Source: the human T2T-CHM13v2.0 reference genome, Homo sapiens
Length of the DNA stretch: 64,000 bases
Reading direction: 5' to 3' (one strand)
NCBI RefSeq assembly: GCF_009914755.1
Contig: NC_060943.1
Below the pieces are notes generated by a model. That model worked only from the letters and a program-made list of their open reading frames with translations, had not been told where the DNA came from and did no database searches. Both the position numbers and the translations under genes were made by a program. Positions 1-19,021 of this stretch are shown here, one piece after another. Each line of letters opens with the position of its first letter. The first letter of the stretch is position 1.

Positions 1-724
1 GTCATCTTAGTTGAGGCCTCAGGAAAACACACAGGTTTTTAGTTCTGGGGAAGGGTTCTGTTGAAGAAGTTGAAAAAAATGGTGGCCAGTGTGTGGAGTG
101 GGATGGGGTATCTTCAAATCATGGTGGTAATGCTGTTATTCAGTAAGAAAGTTGAAACTGGACACTGAGAGAAAACTGGGTCTGTTGCTTAGGCACCTGG
201 ACGGCAGTGGTGGATAGTGTGAAGACGCGAGCGCTTCCTGGACACTGCTTGCAGAGTGGCATGGGGGATGAGGGATGTCATGGAGGTGCATATGGCATGG
301 GCCAGTGGCGGTGGGGATCTCAGATGTGAGGAAGGTGTAGTCCAAAGAGTAATGAGCACGTTGGGAGGAGTGTGAACTGATGCCCTTAAGACTCTAGTAT
401 TGGCAGCTCATGGGAGAAGATGGAGCTGAAGTTTGGTTGTGTTTAGAGGCATCGTCTGGACAACACCAGGAGAACTGGTTGGTAGGCGAGTATTTGGGAC
501 CCTTCATGCCAGACCCAGAGTTGAGACAGCATCTGTCTGCACACTTGCCTGGTTCTGCTCTGGGCTGGACACAGTGGTGAGAGGGACATGAGGAGAGAGC
601 AGACACTAGTGGTGCCAAGGTCTGTTATCTCCTCTTAGTTGGGAGGCTGGGGAGGCGAGGGACTAGAGAGTGGGTGTGTGAGTGTGTAGACTGGGGAGGA
701 GGGGGTTCTGGGGAGAGATGCTGA

Positions 725-1783
<1,059 letters not shown>

Positions 1784-2300
1784 AGGCCTTTACACCCACT
1801 CCGGTGTCCTTGGTGGGGTTTGAGTCTTCTTCTCTTCCCCATGGGCCACTCTTTCTGTCCATCCAGATCCATGACTCTTCTCCTTCCCTTCTTTGTTTCC
1901 CAGAGTAGGTGCTGTGGGTTCTAGGGCTGGCTGTGTTCAGTGTTTCTGCCTTCACTGGGTAATCTGAACATCTGTTGCCCTAGAGCTTTGCAGGAAAAGG
2001 TTAGGATTCGGGAGTTTTTCAGTCTGCTAAGCAGATTCTACACAGCTCAGGTGCCCACTGCCTGAGTCCGTGTCATGATCTTTGCACCTCTTTGTCCTAG
2101 ATTCTGCCCTCATCCTCTGGCTGACATTTCCTGGGGCCTGACTGTGCCAGGAATTTCAGGGGCTGACACAGTCACTTCTTGTGGTGATTACAGGGCTGTC
2201 CTGGTACATCCGCCTTGGAGAGTATTTTTTCTAAACATTCTATTTTCTCTGTGGAGTGGGTCTACCTGCGCCACTCACCTGCCCTTTGTTTGCGTTACAG

Positions 2301-2441
2301 CTTTCATTTTCCCAGTCCCATGCAGTTGCGCAGTTGGAGGGGGCAGAAAACCTTGGGTGCCTGACAGGGCAGACATCACTGCAGCCACAGTAAAGGAGAC
2401 CTACAGAGGGCATGGCCCTGCTGAATGGGAGCTGGAAGAGG
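2301..2441 (+). CDS. ZNF304: Putative 141-nt in-frame cassette exon derived from KRAB-B
   Basis: ttacAG acceptor at 2299-2300 and G|GTATCT donor at 2442. Phase 1-1 and open: (A)FIFPVPCSCAVGGGRKPWVPDRADITAATVKETYRGHGPAEWELEE(G). PWVPD...GHGP resembles the KRAB-B C-terminus. Confidence 0.55.
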
Positions 2442-3059
2442 GTATCTGTTATGGTTGGGTTCAAATCGAACCTTCAACTTGTTTTGTGTTTGTCAGTGTT
2501 TTGTTGCCAAGGCCCATAGTGATTCTTCACATCTACTTTACTTTCCTCATTCTTGGCACTTTTTCCATTTGTCATTTCTCACGTGTCTTCCATCCTTTGG
2601 GTGTTTTCCCACTTTTCTGGCCTCCGTGTTTCAATTGCTCTCTTCAACACTAGCTTACTTTAATGTGTCATGAGTTCTGCACATTAAATAGTCCGTGAGA
2701 ATGAGCTACTTATTTGGAGTCAGATTTTCGTGGGCATGGACATACCCATCTGCACAGAGCTCACCTGACACCAGCGGCCAAGGCCCTGCTGAAACTCTCT
2801 TGCAGAGGAATCAGGTAGAGGCTTCACCTATACTCCCTATACTCTATGCCATTGTTTTTAGGTCTTTACCTCATAGTCAGGGTTCCTCCATTCTGTGAGG
2901 CCCTATACTGACAACCAGCCCTTCTTTACACTGATCCTGGCCCTCTTGTCCTGCCAACAAGCCAGTGGACTCGCACTGGTGTTAGACACACATTTGTGAT
3001 GGGGCTGCTGCCTCCCACCAAAGTCAGCATGCACTTCACCAGCTCTTTTTTGCTTTCAG

Positions 3060-4879
3060 GTTTTTGGTGTGAAGCAGAACATGAGGCACCTTCTGAGCAG
3101 AGCGTTTCTGTAGAAGGAGTGTCACAGGTCAGGACTGCTGAGTCAGGTCTTTTCCAGAAAGCACACCCATGTGAGATGTGTGACCCACTCTTGAAAGACA
3201 TTTTGCACCTGGCTGAACACCAGGGATCACACCTTACACAGAAACTGTGCACACGTGGGCTGTGTAGGAGAAGATTCTCGTTCAGTGCAAACTTTTACCA
3301 GCACCAGAAGCAACATAATGGAGAGAATTGCTTCAGAGGGGATGATGGAGGGGCCTCATTTGTGAAGAGCTGTACAGTCCACATGTTAGGGAGATCCTTT
3401 ACGTGCAGGGAGGAAGGGATGGACTTACCAGATAGCTCTGGCCTTTTCCAGCACCAGACCACTTACAATAGGGTGAGTCCATGCAGAAGGACTGAATGCA
3501 TGGAGTCTTTCCCACACAGCTCCAGTCTCAGGCAACACCAAGGAGACTATGATGGACAGATGCTTTTCAGTTGCGGTGATGAAGGGAAAGCCTTCCTGGA
3601 CACCTTTACTCTTCTTGACAGCCAGATGACTCATGCTGAGGTGAGACCCTTCAGATGCCTACCATGTGGAAATGTGTTCAAGGAGAAATCAGCTCTTATT
3701 AATCACAGAAAAATCCACAGTGGAGAAATATCTCATGTGTGTAAGGAGTGTGGAAAAGCCTTCATTCACTTGCACCACCTAAAAATGCACCAGAAATTTC
3801 ACACTGGAAAAAGACACTATACATGCAGTGAATGTGGGAAGGCCTTCAGCCGCAAGGACACACTTGTTCAGCATCAGAGAGTTCACACTGGAGAAAGATC
3901 TTATGACTGCAGTGAATGTGGAAAAGCCTACAGCAGAAGCTCCCACCTTGTTCAGCACCAGAGAATTCACACAGGAGAAAGGCCTTATAAGTGCAACGAA
4001 TGTGGGAAAGCCTTTAGCCGTAAAGACACACTTGTTCAGCACCAGAGATTTCATACTGGAGAAAGGCCTTATGAGTGCAGTGAATGTGGAAAATTCTTTA
4101 GCCAAAGCTCCCACCTTATTGAGCACTGGAGAATTCATACCGGGGCAAGGCCCTATGAATGCATAGAATGTGGAAAATTCTTTAGCCATAACTCTAGCCT
4201 CATTAAACATCGGAGAGTCCACACAGGAGCAAGATCCTACGTGTGCAGCAAATGTGGGAAGGCCTTTGGCTGCAAAGACACACTTGTTCAGCACCAGATA
4301 ATTCACACTGGAGCAAGGCCTTATGAGTGCAGTGAATGTGGGAAGGCCTTCAGCCGTAAAGACACACTTGTGCAACACCAAAAAATCCACACTGGAGAAA
4401 GGCCTTATGAGTGTGGTGAATGTGGTAAATTCTTCAGCCATAGCTCCAACCTTATTGTACACCAGAGAATTCACACTGGAGCAAAGCCTTATGAGTGCAA
4501 TGAATGTGGGAAATGCTTTAGCCACAACTCCAGCCTCATTTTGCACCAGAGAGTTCACACAGGAGCAAGGCCTTATGTGTGCAGTGAATGTGGGAAGGCT
4601 TACATTAGTAGCTCCCACCTTGTTCAACACAAGAAAGTTCACACTGGAGCAAGACCTTATGAGTGCAGTGAATGTGGGAAATTCTTTAGCCGCAACTCTG
4701 GCCTCATTCTGCACCAGAGGGTTCACACTGGAGAAAAGCCTTACGTATGCAGCGAATGTGGGAAAGCCTATAGCAGAAGCTCCCATCTTGTTCGTCACCA
4801 GAAAGCTCACACTGGAGAAAGAGCTCACGAGTGCAACAGTTTTGGTGGCCCTTTAGCTGCATCTCTTAAACTTGTTTAA
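3060..4879 (+). CDS. ZNF304: ZNF304 terminal exon: spacer with degenerate fingers plus 14 tandem C2H2 fingers
   Basis: Pyrimidine tract and tttcAG at 3058-3059. Joins the KRAB-A exon in frame (G+GT=Gly, [13 protein letters not shown]). 14 CxxC-x12-HxxxH units with TGERPY-type linkers. Stop TAA at 4877-4879. Confidence 0.95.
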
Positions 4880-6459
4880 CACCAGAAAATTCACACAAGA
4901 GAAAGGCCTTATGAATGCAGAAAATATGTCATCTTGTTCATCCTCATAGGACTCACACCAGAGCAATGCTCTGTGAGTACCCTTTGTGAGGGAACCATCA
5001 GCTAGCAGATGAGCACCGTATATTCATTCCACCCTGGGGAGATTCCTGATAAGCACCACATATGTGGGAGGCTTTCATGAGGTGTGTTGCACTTTGTAAC
5101 TGTCTAGAGCTCTTGATGGAATTATATCACTGCCAGTGCCTGTGGCGGAAGCCATCTTATTGCTACCAGCTGTGTGTGTCAATCACTCCATTTTGCTCAG
5201 GGAAGGCAGACTTCTGTGCTTTCTTTCCTGTTCCCTACAGGTAATCATGAATATTTTCAAGGACTTCCCCCCCCCCCCACTTCACCCCCTACCATTGAGG
5301 GTCCTCATCTTTTCCCTCATGATTAGGTTCTGAGCAAACATGATCTAGCTCTCACCAAAAGGACCTGAGCTAGGGTCTGCTGGGATTTCCTGACACGATT
5401 TTCCATCTTCATGGACAATGTTAACTGTAAACGTGATAGCTGTGACTTACTTGTCTTACTGCCAAATCGCCCAAATTTGGAACTGCTTGTCCCATGCTGC
5501 TCTGATTTATACAGTGATAAGGGCCTATTGTGGCAGTCTTTACTCTTGGGGATTTTGTTACTGTGTAGAGTGGATTGAGAAAAGAATTGGGTTCTGTCAT
5601 GAAGGGAGTAGCACCTTTTGTGGGCACCACCTTTATGTGCCTCAGAGGGGACCAAAGGATGGCAGAAAACTGTTCTCAGTCTAGTTTGACCTAATTTACA
5701 CTATTGCCCTAGGCTTGCTAGGAAAGACTGAAAAAATTTTTGTGCCTAACTTTGTGGCCTGGCTGCCAGGATTTCCTGTGAGCCCAGTGAGGAGGGCATA
5801 GTTGGTGCGAAAATCTCCTGTGCTTGTGGAAGCAACATAAGTTGGGTCCCTTAACTGTCACGTACTCCCCAGCACTGTTGAGGGATTGCTGTCTTCTGTA
5901 CCTGTACAGGATCAAGTCCCTGATATCCAGAACCCCATAGGCAAGTAACATTGACTGTAAGACCTCTGTAGGGCAATGTGAAAATCATGATTGCTACAGA
6001 AGCACTGAGATAATGGAGTGGGGATGACTGTGGCAAACAAAAGGAGATTCGAACATTCTAGAGGGGCATCCACAAGTCTCGGTGCAGTTATGATGGTGTG
6101 GGATGGGAGTGCATAGAAATTCTCAGGACCTTCAGACATCTGTATCTCCTGTGGCCAAGGCCACTGTCAGAGGAAATAATCTAAATGTTTGTGGATTCCT
6201 GTGTCTCCCTGGGCAGTTGACCTGCACAGACAGGAACCTCAGCAGTGACAGAAGAGAGATCCAGGGATGGGTCTTCTCTGACCCAGCCAGCATTCCGAGT
6301 GACTGAGGTGGATGTGGACATCATTGCTTACCAATTTTTACCAACATTGAGGCAGGGCTCACTCTCCTAAATTGTAGGGAGAGGAATATGGTAAAGCCAA
6401 AATAGTTGACAGATCTAACTTTCCTAGTGGAACAGTATATATAGATTTTAATGAGGAAC

Positions 6460-8472
<2,013 letters not shown>

Positions 8473-8746
8473 TTCATTTTTATTTTTTGACAAGTGTTTC
8501 CATTTGTTATCTCTATCCCTCCAAACAGTTAATAAGCGATGTTTTCAAGTATGAAATAAGAAATACATATAGGAGACAGAAGCATAATGTGTCCAGGTTC
8601 CAGCACAGCCAGTCTCAACTTCATTCTTTGACTTCTCAGACTCTTGCTCAAACTCTACTGTAACCTTGCTTTTTCCCCCCTTCACATGTCACAGAGAGAT
8701 TTCTGTAGGACTATTTCTGCCACTAGTTTTGAAATAACATAATCAC

Positions 8747-9492
<746 letters not shown>

Positions 9493-10149
9493 GTTATTAT
9501 TAATAGATTTCTGTAATTTTCATTTCACAAGTATTTTCACAGATAATTTCAACTCCCTGTAAAATGATAACTCACTTCTCAGGAAGGAGATAAGATCATG
9601 AAAGTTCACAGTTTTTATTGGGGATAATACGTTCCCTGTGTACATATACTCCAACTATGGAATGGCACAAAATGTCCTGTCAGGAAATGGCATGTATCAG
9701 TCACTCTCATTTTCAGACAGGATTGAGACTTTTAAAATAAATGTAAAATATTTCAGACATGAAGTAATAAGTATTATTAGAATAAAAGCATTGCACTCTT
9801 GGTAGGAACACAATCACTGACTCTACAGACAGTAATGATGTTTTCTTCTGGATCCAGAGGCACAGCGTCACCCTTTCAATCTACGTCGGTATCTCCTGTC
9901 TTCTTTTGTGCAAATTCCCAGCCATGTAGTCTTTCTTTGTTCTCTTGGACCAACCATATTGAAGCTTAATAAATAGAAGTCAAAGTTTAACTGTATGTGT
10001 ATTTGAAAAGCAACATATGGCTGAGAGGCATGAGTAGAGACAGAGTGCCTTTGTGGTATAGTGTGTCCCTTTGGCGGTGTAGCCGTTGAGAACTTGCTGT
10101 GCTTCACAATCCGATATCATAGGTCCCTCACATTTCTGTGAGTATCCTA

Positions 10150-11000
10150 GACCTTACTTCAAGAAAATCTGGTTATGTCGCCTTTAAGAGCAACCCAAGC
10201 CCCGTCCTGTCCGTGGAGTCCGGCACTCTGTTTACCAGCTCCCCTGACGGTGCCACTGAGCCTCTATCCGCCATATAAGGACTGACCAACGCTCTAAGGC
10301 AAGTCCAGAAGCGATGTCGAAACTTCATAACCCAGAAGACACTGCGGTTCTCGGCAGCGCGACTGACCCAATGAATGTGCAAGAAGGAACCTTTGCGTGC
10401 GTGCGTGCGTGCGTGCGTCCGTCCGCGTGCTCGCGCATCGTAGGAGGGCGGGACTTCCGGCGTCCTCTTGCCGTGGTTGATTTGATTTTCTCTGGTGTTT
10501 TCACTAGTTCCGGCCTTTGGCGCTCTATGACGTCACCGAAGTGACGGAGCGGAAAAGCGCGAGAAGCGGCTTGGTTCCTTGTACGCAGAGGCGGTAGTGA
10601 CACAGGCACAACTGACAGTGGCAGAAGCTCAGCTGACAAGGACTGGGGACGGCGGTGTCCTTGTCTTGCCTTTGTCGCCCCCGCCCCTCTCTTCCCTGGC
10701 TGGACTTGCGGAGTCCCCGCCGAAGAACCCGAGGTGGGTGCCCCGTCCCAGGCCCCCCCCCCCAACCTCCGCCCGACCCCTCCTTCCAGTGCTGAAGCCC
10801 ATAGAAGGGGCCCTGCAGGTCAGGCCCCTTGTCTCGAAGAGAGGGGCGTTCCTGTGTGGGGTCCCCGTATCAGCTGGTTTGATGCAGCCTCAGAGCTCCC
10901 TTCGGGGATCTCAGGTTCAGAGCATGGAGGTGCTGCCAAGTGGGCCGCGTCGGGGAGCCCGGAGTGTGGGTTGTTTCTGCGGGAAAGAGAGGGTTTTGTG
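10150..11000 (+). promoter_or_regulatory. ZNF547: CpG-island promoter and non-coding exon 1 of ZNF547 (donor GAG|GTGGGT at 10733/10734), probably shared with TRAPPC2B
   Basis: CpG-rich. CCAAT ~10368, GC box GGGCGG ~10446, ETS ACTTCCGG ~10453, full CRE TGACGTCA 10528-10535. Homologous to exon 1 of ZNF548 and ZNF17. Confidence 0.85.
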
Positions 11001-11493
11001 AATTTTCTCTTGGAATGGCAGCCTGAGCAGCCGGTATAACCATGGAAGGTTGTCAAGGGAAGACCAGTGGGAGGGGCAGGTCCAGAGTTAGAACGAGCAG
11101 GATGGGGAATTGACACAGAGAGACCCAGAAGAGGCCACTGCAGTGGATCCCAGAGGCTGCACCAGAGCCGTGGTATAAGAGGGACAATGTGATGGGATTC
11201 TGGATAGACCTGGAAGATAGAGCCAACAGGTTTTCCTGCCGTATCAGATATGTCTGTGAGCAAAAATAGGGAGTGAAGGGTCATTTTTTTTTTTTTGCCC
11301 GAACATCTGAAAGAATGAAGTTGGGGAAGTCAGCAGCATGAGAAGTAGGTTTCATGGAGAAGATCATGGGTTGGAGTTTGGCCAGTGTGATTCTCAGGCG
11401 TCTCAAGTTGAAAATGTCACATGGGTAGGGGGACAGAAAGGTGTGGAGTCTACAGAGGAGAACTGGTGTAGATTCTTCAAAAGAATAGAGGGT

Positions 11494-12289
<796 letters not shown>

Positions 12290-12305
12290 ATGGAGAAAAT
12301 TCCAA

Positions 12306-12311
12306 AATAAA
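12306..12311 (+). terminator. Proximal AATAAA after the TRAPPC2B stop (ATTAAA also at ~12365)
   Basis: Hexamer starting 17 nt after the stop codon. Confidence 0.45.
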
Positions 12312-12493
12312 TTATATCACCACAATGGTGTATACTCAGGAATGTGTACATTGTAAATTACTTGATTAAATAGCCTGGAAATCTTTTGTGTATTCTCAGC
12401 TTATCTAAACTTAATGAAATTTCTTTTATATTTAAAAATAGTACATTCTGTCTCATGTCACATATCAGTAGATCAATTAGTATTTCCTTGTGA

Positions 12494-13740
<1,247 letters not shown>

Positions 13741-15585
13741 CAGATAGGTTGATCTTATAACAATCCAGAAACAAATGTCATAGTCAAGATTTGGTAGATA
13801 GATTTAAAACTAAAATATTCTGCCATTGGAAGTGAAATGTCATAGCACATACGTGGACGTTATGCATTTAGAGATGTTATAAAAATGTATTGGCAGTATA
13901 CATAGCACTACTCAAGAAGCCAAAGAAACACTTGTGCAGTGCTAAGTGTCACATGTCTGCTTCTGCCAGAGGCTAGGAATAGTGATCTTGCTATAATGTG
14001 AGAACCTGAATCATGTTTGTAAAATAGGAGGCTGGGAGCAGTTCCAGGCCACAGTGAAGTGTGTTGCTTCTGTCACTTTATATTCTTATATTTCCTTTCC
14101 CTCAGACAATCAACTGTTGATGCCTGTACTTGTGAAAAGTTGTAAGGCAATTTTTAGGGTTGTTGTCAAAGAAAAGCTTGGATTACATTAACATTTGTAC
14201 TCAGCCTTTTAGGCAATACACCAGAGGGGGCTGGGAATTGTCTGTTTGTTCCTATGATAAGTAGATCTTACTGTAAAATAGTAAATGTCCATTGAAAAGC
14301 AAGTAACACAACCTGTGCTAACTGGGAGCACTTGAACAATTTTGTTCCATTCTGAATAACTTTTCAGCAAGTAATTCTAAGCTTTGTCTTATATCCTTGT
14401 GTAAAATTGCTACCTTCATTTTTACCCTATTTGATTTCTTAAATGGTTTGTTCAAGAAAAAAAAAAAAAAAAAAAAGAATAGAGGGTGTAGATTGGACCG
14501 GGTCCTGAGGATCCAATTTGGTAGGGAAGTCTAAAGGTCATTGCCTGCAAGCTATGTGGTGAGGGAGGAGAGAGCTGATACTTGGGGTTCACACCATAGG
14601 TGGAGCCATAAGCCAGATGCTTACTTTAGAAAGGCGCAGACCTGCCATAGGAAGGATTTTGTCCTCTGCCTAGAAAAAGGGAGGCGTGGGTGGGATAAGG
14701 AATGGGCTTGGGATGGAGACTAAGGTTTGAGATGGTTTATATTCTGCACCTACAGGCTTGGCTGACCCTCAGGGCCACTCTTTGTGGGAAAAGAAAAAAG
14801 TTATCCAGGCTAGTGGAGCAGCTGGGTTCTAAACTAGGGCACTGCTTTTTCCCCTTCTCCACATATCAAGGCAAGATTGGATGATCTACTGCCCCAGTCA
14901 AGGTCTGCCAGCAAGCTCCCCTCAGAGCCTTATGTAACAGGCAGGCCTGGTTGCAGAGGACCAGTAGCTGACCTACCTGCTCAGCCCTTCCCTACAACTC
15001 ATTAAGAATATATGAAACACTTATTGGTATAAGCACTAACCAGTGTCCTTCTAAATGTGTACACATAGGCAGTTAGAAGTGAAGCTATTCATTGAGTTAA
15101 ATTCCTGCAAACACTACATAATTGATTTGACCCAAATTTGCCTATAATTATCAACATACCATGGAAAATTTTAGTATCCTCTAAAATTTTAAAAGCTAAA
15201 AATATACACCTCAGTTTTTGAAATTCTACTACATCATTTATACTGAAAACATATAGTAAACCATTAATCCAAGAACAGTAATAGCTGATATATATGATGA
15301 GCAACGAGTGTTTGACACCGGTAAGAGTCCTATGAGGTGGGAGCCATTCTTACAACCTATTTACAGATGAGAGCACTGAAGCTCCAGCAGGTTCAGTTCT
15401 TTTCTAGAGTCACAGTGCTGCTAAGAGCCAACAGTGAAGTCGGAGGAGCTGAGTTTATACAATCAACTTGAGATCAGTTTGCTTTAGGGTAAGGAAGAAG
15501 AGATGGTGGTCCAACTCTGCCTGTAAGATCTTCCCATCGTTGCCCATTTCTCACGGTTTCCCTCTTCCTTCAGGGTCCCCTGGCG

Positions 15586-15609
15586 ATGGCAGAAATGAAC
15601 CCTGCACAG
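15586..15609 (+). CDS. ZNF547: ZNF547 first coding segment MAEMNPAQ in 36-nt exon 2 (15574-15609)
   Basis: ccttcAG acceptor, GCGATGG Kozak, CAG|GTGAGT donor. Confidence 0.9.
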
Positions 15610-16844
15610 GTGAGTGGAGTGTTTTCTACCTTTCACCTACCAGTTATCTCATAGATGGTTTTGGCACCTCCATGTAAAGAAAAGTGGTGTCCAGAGACTC
15701 TCTTTCTGTCTTTCTCCCTCTCTTATGTCTGAAAAGTGAGTGATTCCACCAGTTCTAGTATCTTAAATTAGGTCTGGGATTTTTGTTTGATTGTTTTAAG
15801 TTTACTGTGACACCTTACCTGGATGGCCCTGGATTATGTGGAGTGGCTCCCATTTTTGACAGTTGACGTGGTAACATCTGTCAGAGTGTCATGGGCACAA
15901 GATTAAGAATGTTTCAGTGTTTAGAGGAGAGACTGAACTGGATTTTTAGGGAACTGCAAGTGTCTGTTATATCGGATAGGAATAGGGAGCAGAGTGGGAG
16001 GTGGCTAGAGACACACAAACATCAGGCCTGGAATGACAGCCTAGGTCCTGGGTCTCTAATCTAAGGGAGGTGGTAGATGGGGAAGATTTGAAGCAGAAGA
16101 GGGCAGTGATAGGACCCTAGCTTAAGGAACTTTCTTTGGCGTCTGAGTGGAGGACAGACTGTGGAGGTGAGGGTAATGGCAGGGAGATCTGAGAGGATGT
16201 TCCTGCAGCAGTCTAGGTGGATGTTGGTGGTAACTTGTCAAGAGTAGCGGTGGCTTCAGGATGTGTTTTGAACTGGAGCTGCCCACATTTTATGATGTAG
16301 AGAGTGAGGCAGCTGGGGGGGTGGGATAGAAGGGGAATCAGGAGTGGCCCCATGGTTTTTGTTTGGAAGCATAGATGCTCCATCAGCTAAGATGGGAGAA
16401 GTCAGCAGTATTAGGAATTTTCAGAGTGAGTGTGAGGAGTCAGTGTTTGTTCAAGCCACAGATGTCTCAGAGACTCCTGGTGGAGGAGTTCAGGTTGGAG
16501 ACGTCCACACTATGGTGGCTGTCGTATGGACCAGGATGAAGCCATGGATTCAGTTTAGGTGACAGCATCTCTAGGTTATGGTGGCAGTGCTGTTCGAAGA
16601 CAGAGAATTGGAATGGGGCATGAGAACTGGGTCTCTTACTGGGTAGCTGTGCAGTGGTGGAGGAGTCACTAGACAAATGAGGGAATGGAGTGTTTGTGGG
16701 GATGAGTGTATGTGAGATGGTGGGGTATAGGAGTGAGAAAGACTTCTGAAGGAGAGTGGACATGATGGGGTTGCTGAGGAGGGTAATAGGGTGAGGTCGG
16801 AGAGTTGCTAAGCATCAGTTGGAATGAGATGAGGATGGGAATTC

Positions 16845-17280
<436 letters not shown>

Positions 17281-17984
17281 GTGTCCATGAGGCAGGACAC
17301 AGCTGAGAGTATGTGAAGTCCTCACATGGTTTGGGCACCTGACAGTGAAGTGAGAAACAGGGCCATGTAGGGAACCTTCAACCCAGGGCTTAGGGCTGCC
17401 CCCGGTGCTAGGGAACTTTGGTGTTCTGGGGCAGGACTGGGAGTGAATTGGATGCTGAGCGTATTTGCCGTGCACCACCTGGTTTCTGTGTGCAGAGTGG
17501 CCTGTTAGGAGGTGAAGGAAATGCCTGTGGTGTGGGCTGGGAGGTGTCTGTGGAATTGACTGGAGTGGAGGTGTGAGAGATGGGATTGGAGTGCTGTCCA
17601 AAGAGTGATGTGCAGGCAGGAGGAGTGTGAATGGAGGGCCTCAGGCCCTGGCCCTGGTAGCTCAAGGGAGGAGGATGAGTCTGAGTTTGGTTGTCTTGGG
17701 AGGCAAGATCTGGGTGACTCCATGGAAACTGGCTGGCAGGAGAGGATGGATCCCCCCACGGGAGGCCCACATTCCTTTTCTACCTTATCTTCCATCTGTT
17801 TCCTCTGTGTGCTGGACACGGTGGCCAATGTCAATATGGAGAGAAAAGTCACTCATGCCACCTGGATGTGGTTTCTCTTCCACATTGGGAGGGTGTAGAG
17901 ATTGAGGAAGGAAAGGAGGTGTAGGGGAGAGGGATGAGTTCCTGGAGAGAGAAAAGTAGCAGTGATTGTACCCATTGGGGTTTT

Positions 17985-18282
<298 letters not shown>

Positions 18283-18763
18283 CCATGGAGTTTTAATTTA
18301 TGGATGTGAGTGAGTGATGCCAGGGACAGGCCAATGACACTGAAAGAAGATATTTATTCCTTACGTTTCCCTAAGGAGGTTACATACCACATAACACAGG
18401 GCCACACGGTGAAACACCAGATTTGATCAGGAGGAAAATTGGAGTGAGTTTAGTTTAGTCCACAGATGCTGTTGGGGTTTCCAAGGGAAACAAGGCAGGG
18501 CTGGCTGTCAGGATAGTTTGGCTAGTTTTAGTAATTCCAGGACACCTGGGCTATTGGGACTGTCCCTAGTTGTGCAGTACCTGTCCCTGGGTTGATTTAG
18601 AGCATGGGAAATACTGACTTGGTTTGAGAAAGTTAGAGATGGAGATGGTTAAGAATATGTGCCCAGGATGGTAGGGGAGATGGAAACACATTTAGCTGTT
18701 AGTTTGTCCCTGTGTTTAATGGGTGGTAAATATAAGTAGAAAATAAATAGAGAACTTAAGTAA

Positions 18764-19021
<258 letters not shown>

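Noticed and set aside
2996-3059. ORF-track N-termini of finger exons (also 24094-24157 and 45396-45459) with a conserved MHFT/MHLT/MHFS
   Set aside because: Intronic sequence upstream of the acceptor, similar through paralogy. KRAB-less isoforms cannot be supported from sequence alone.
3779-4828. 349-aa antisense ORF (similar ones at 24286-25290 and 45948-46814)
   Set aside because: Known by-product of C2H2 array codon structure (repeating [13 protein letters not shown]); no independent gene signals
3650-4830. 84-bp periodic repeat-spacer-like pattern resembling an array such as CRISPR
   Set aside because: It is the coding C2H2 finger repeat in eukaryotic DNA; no cas genes
3828-4856. Alternative-frame sense ORFs (MNVG...TLEKGLMSA) within finger exons
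   Set aside because: Shifted-frame reading of the finger repeats, common to all KRAB-ZNF genes
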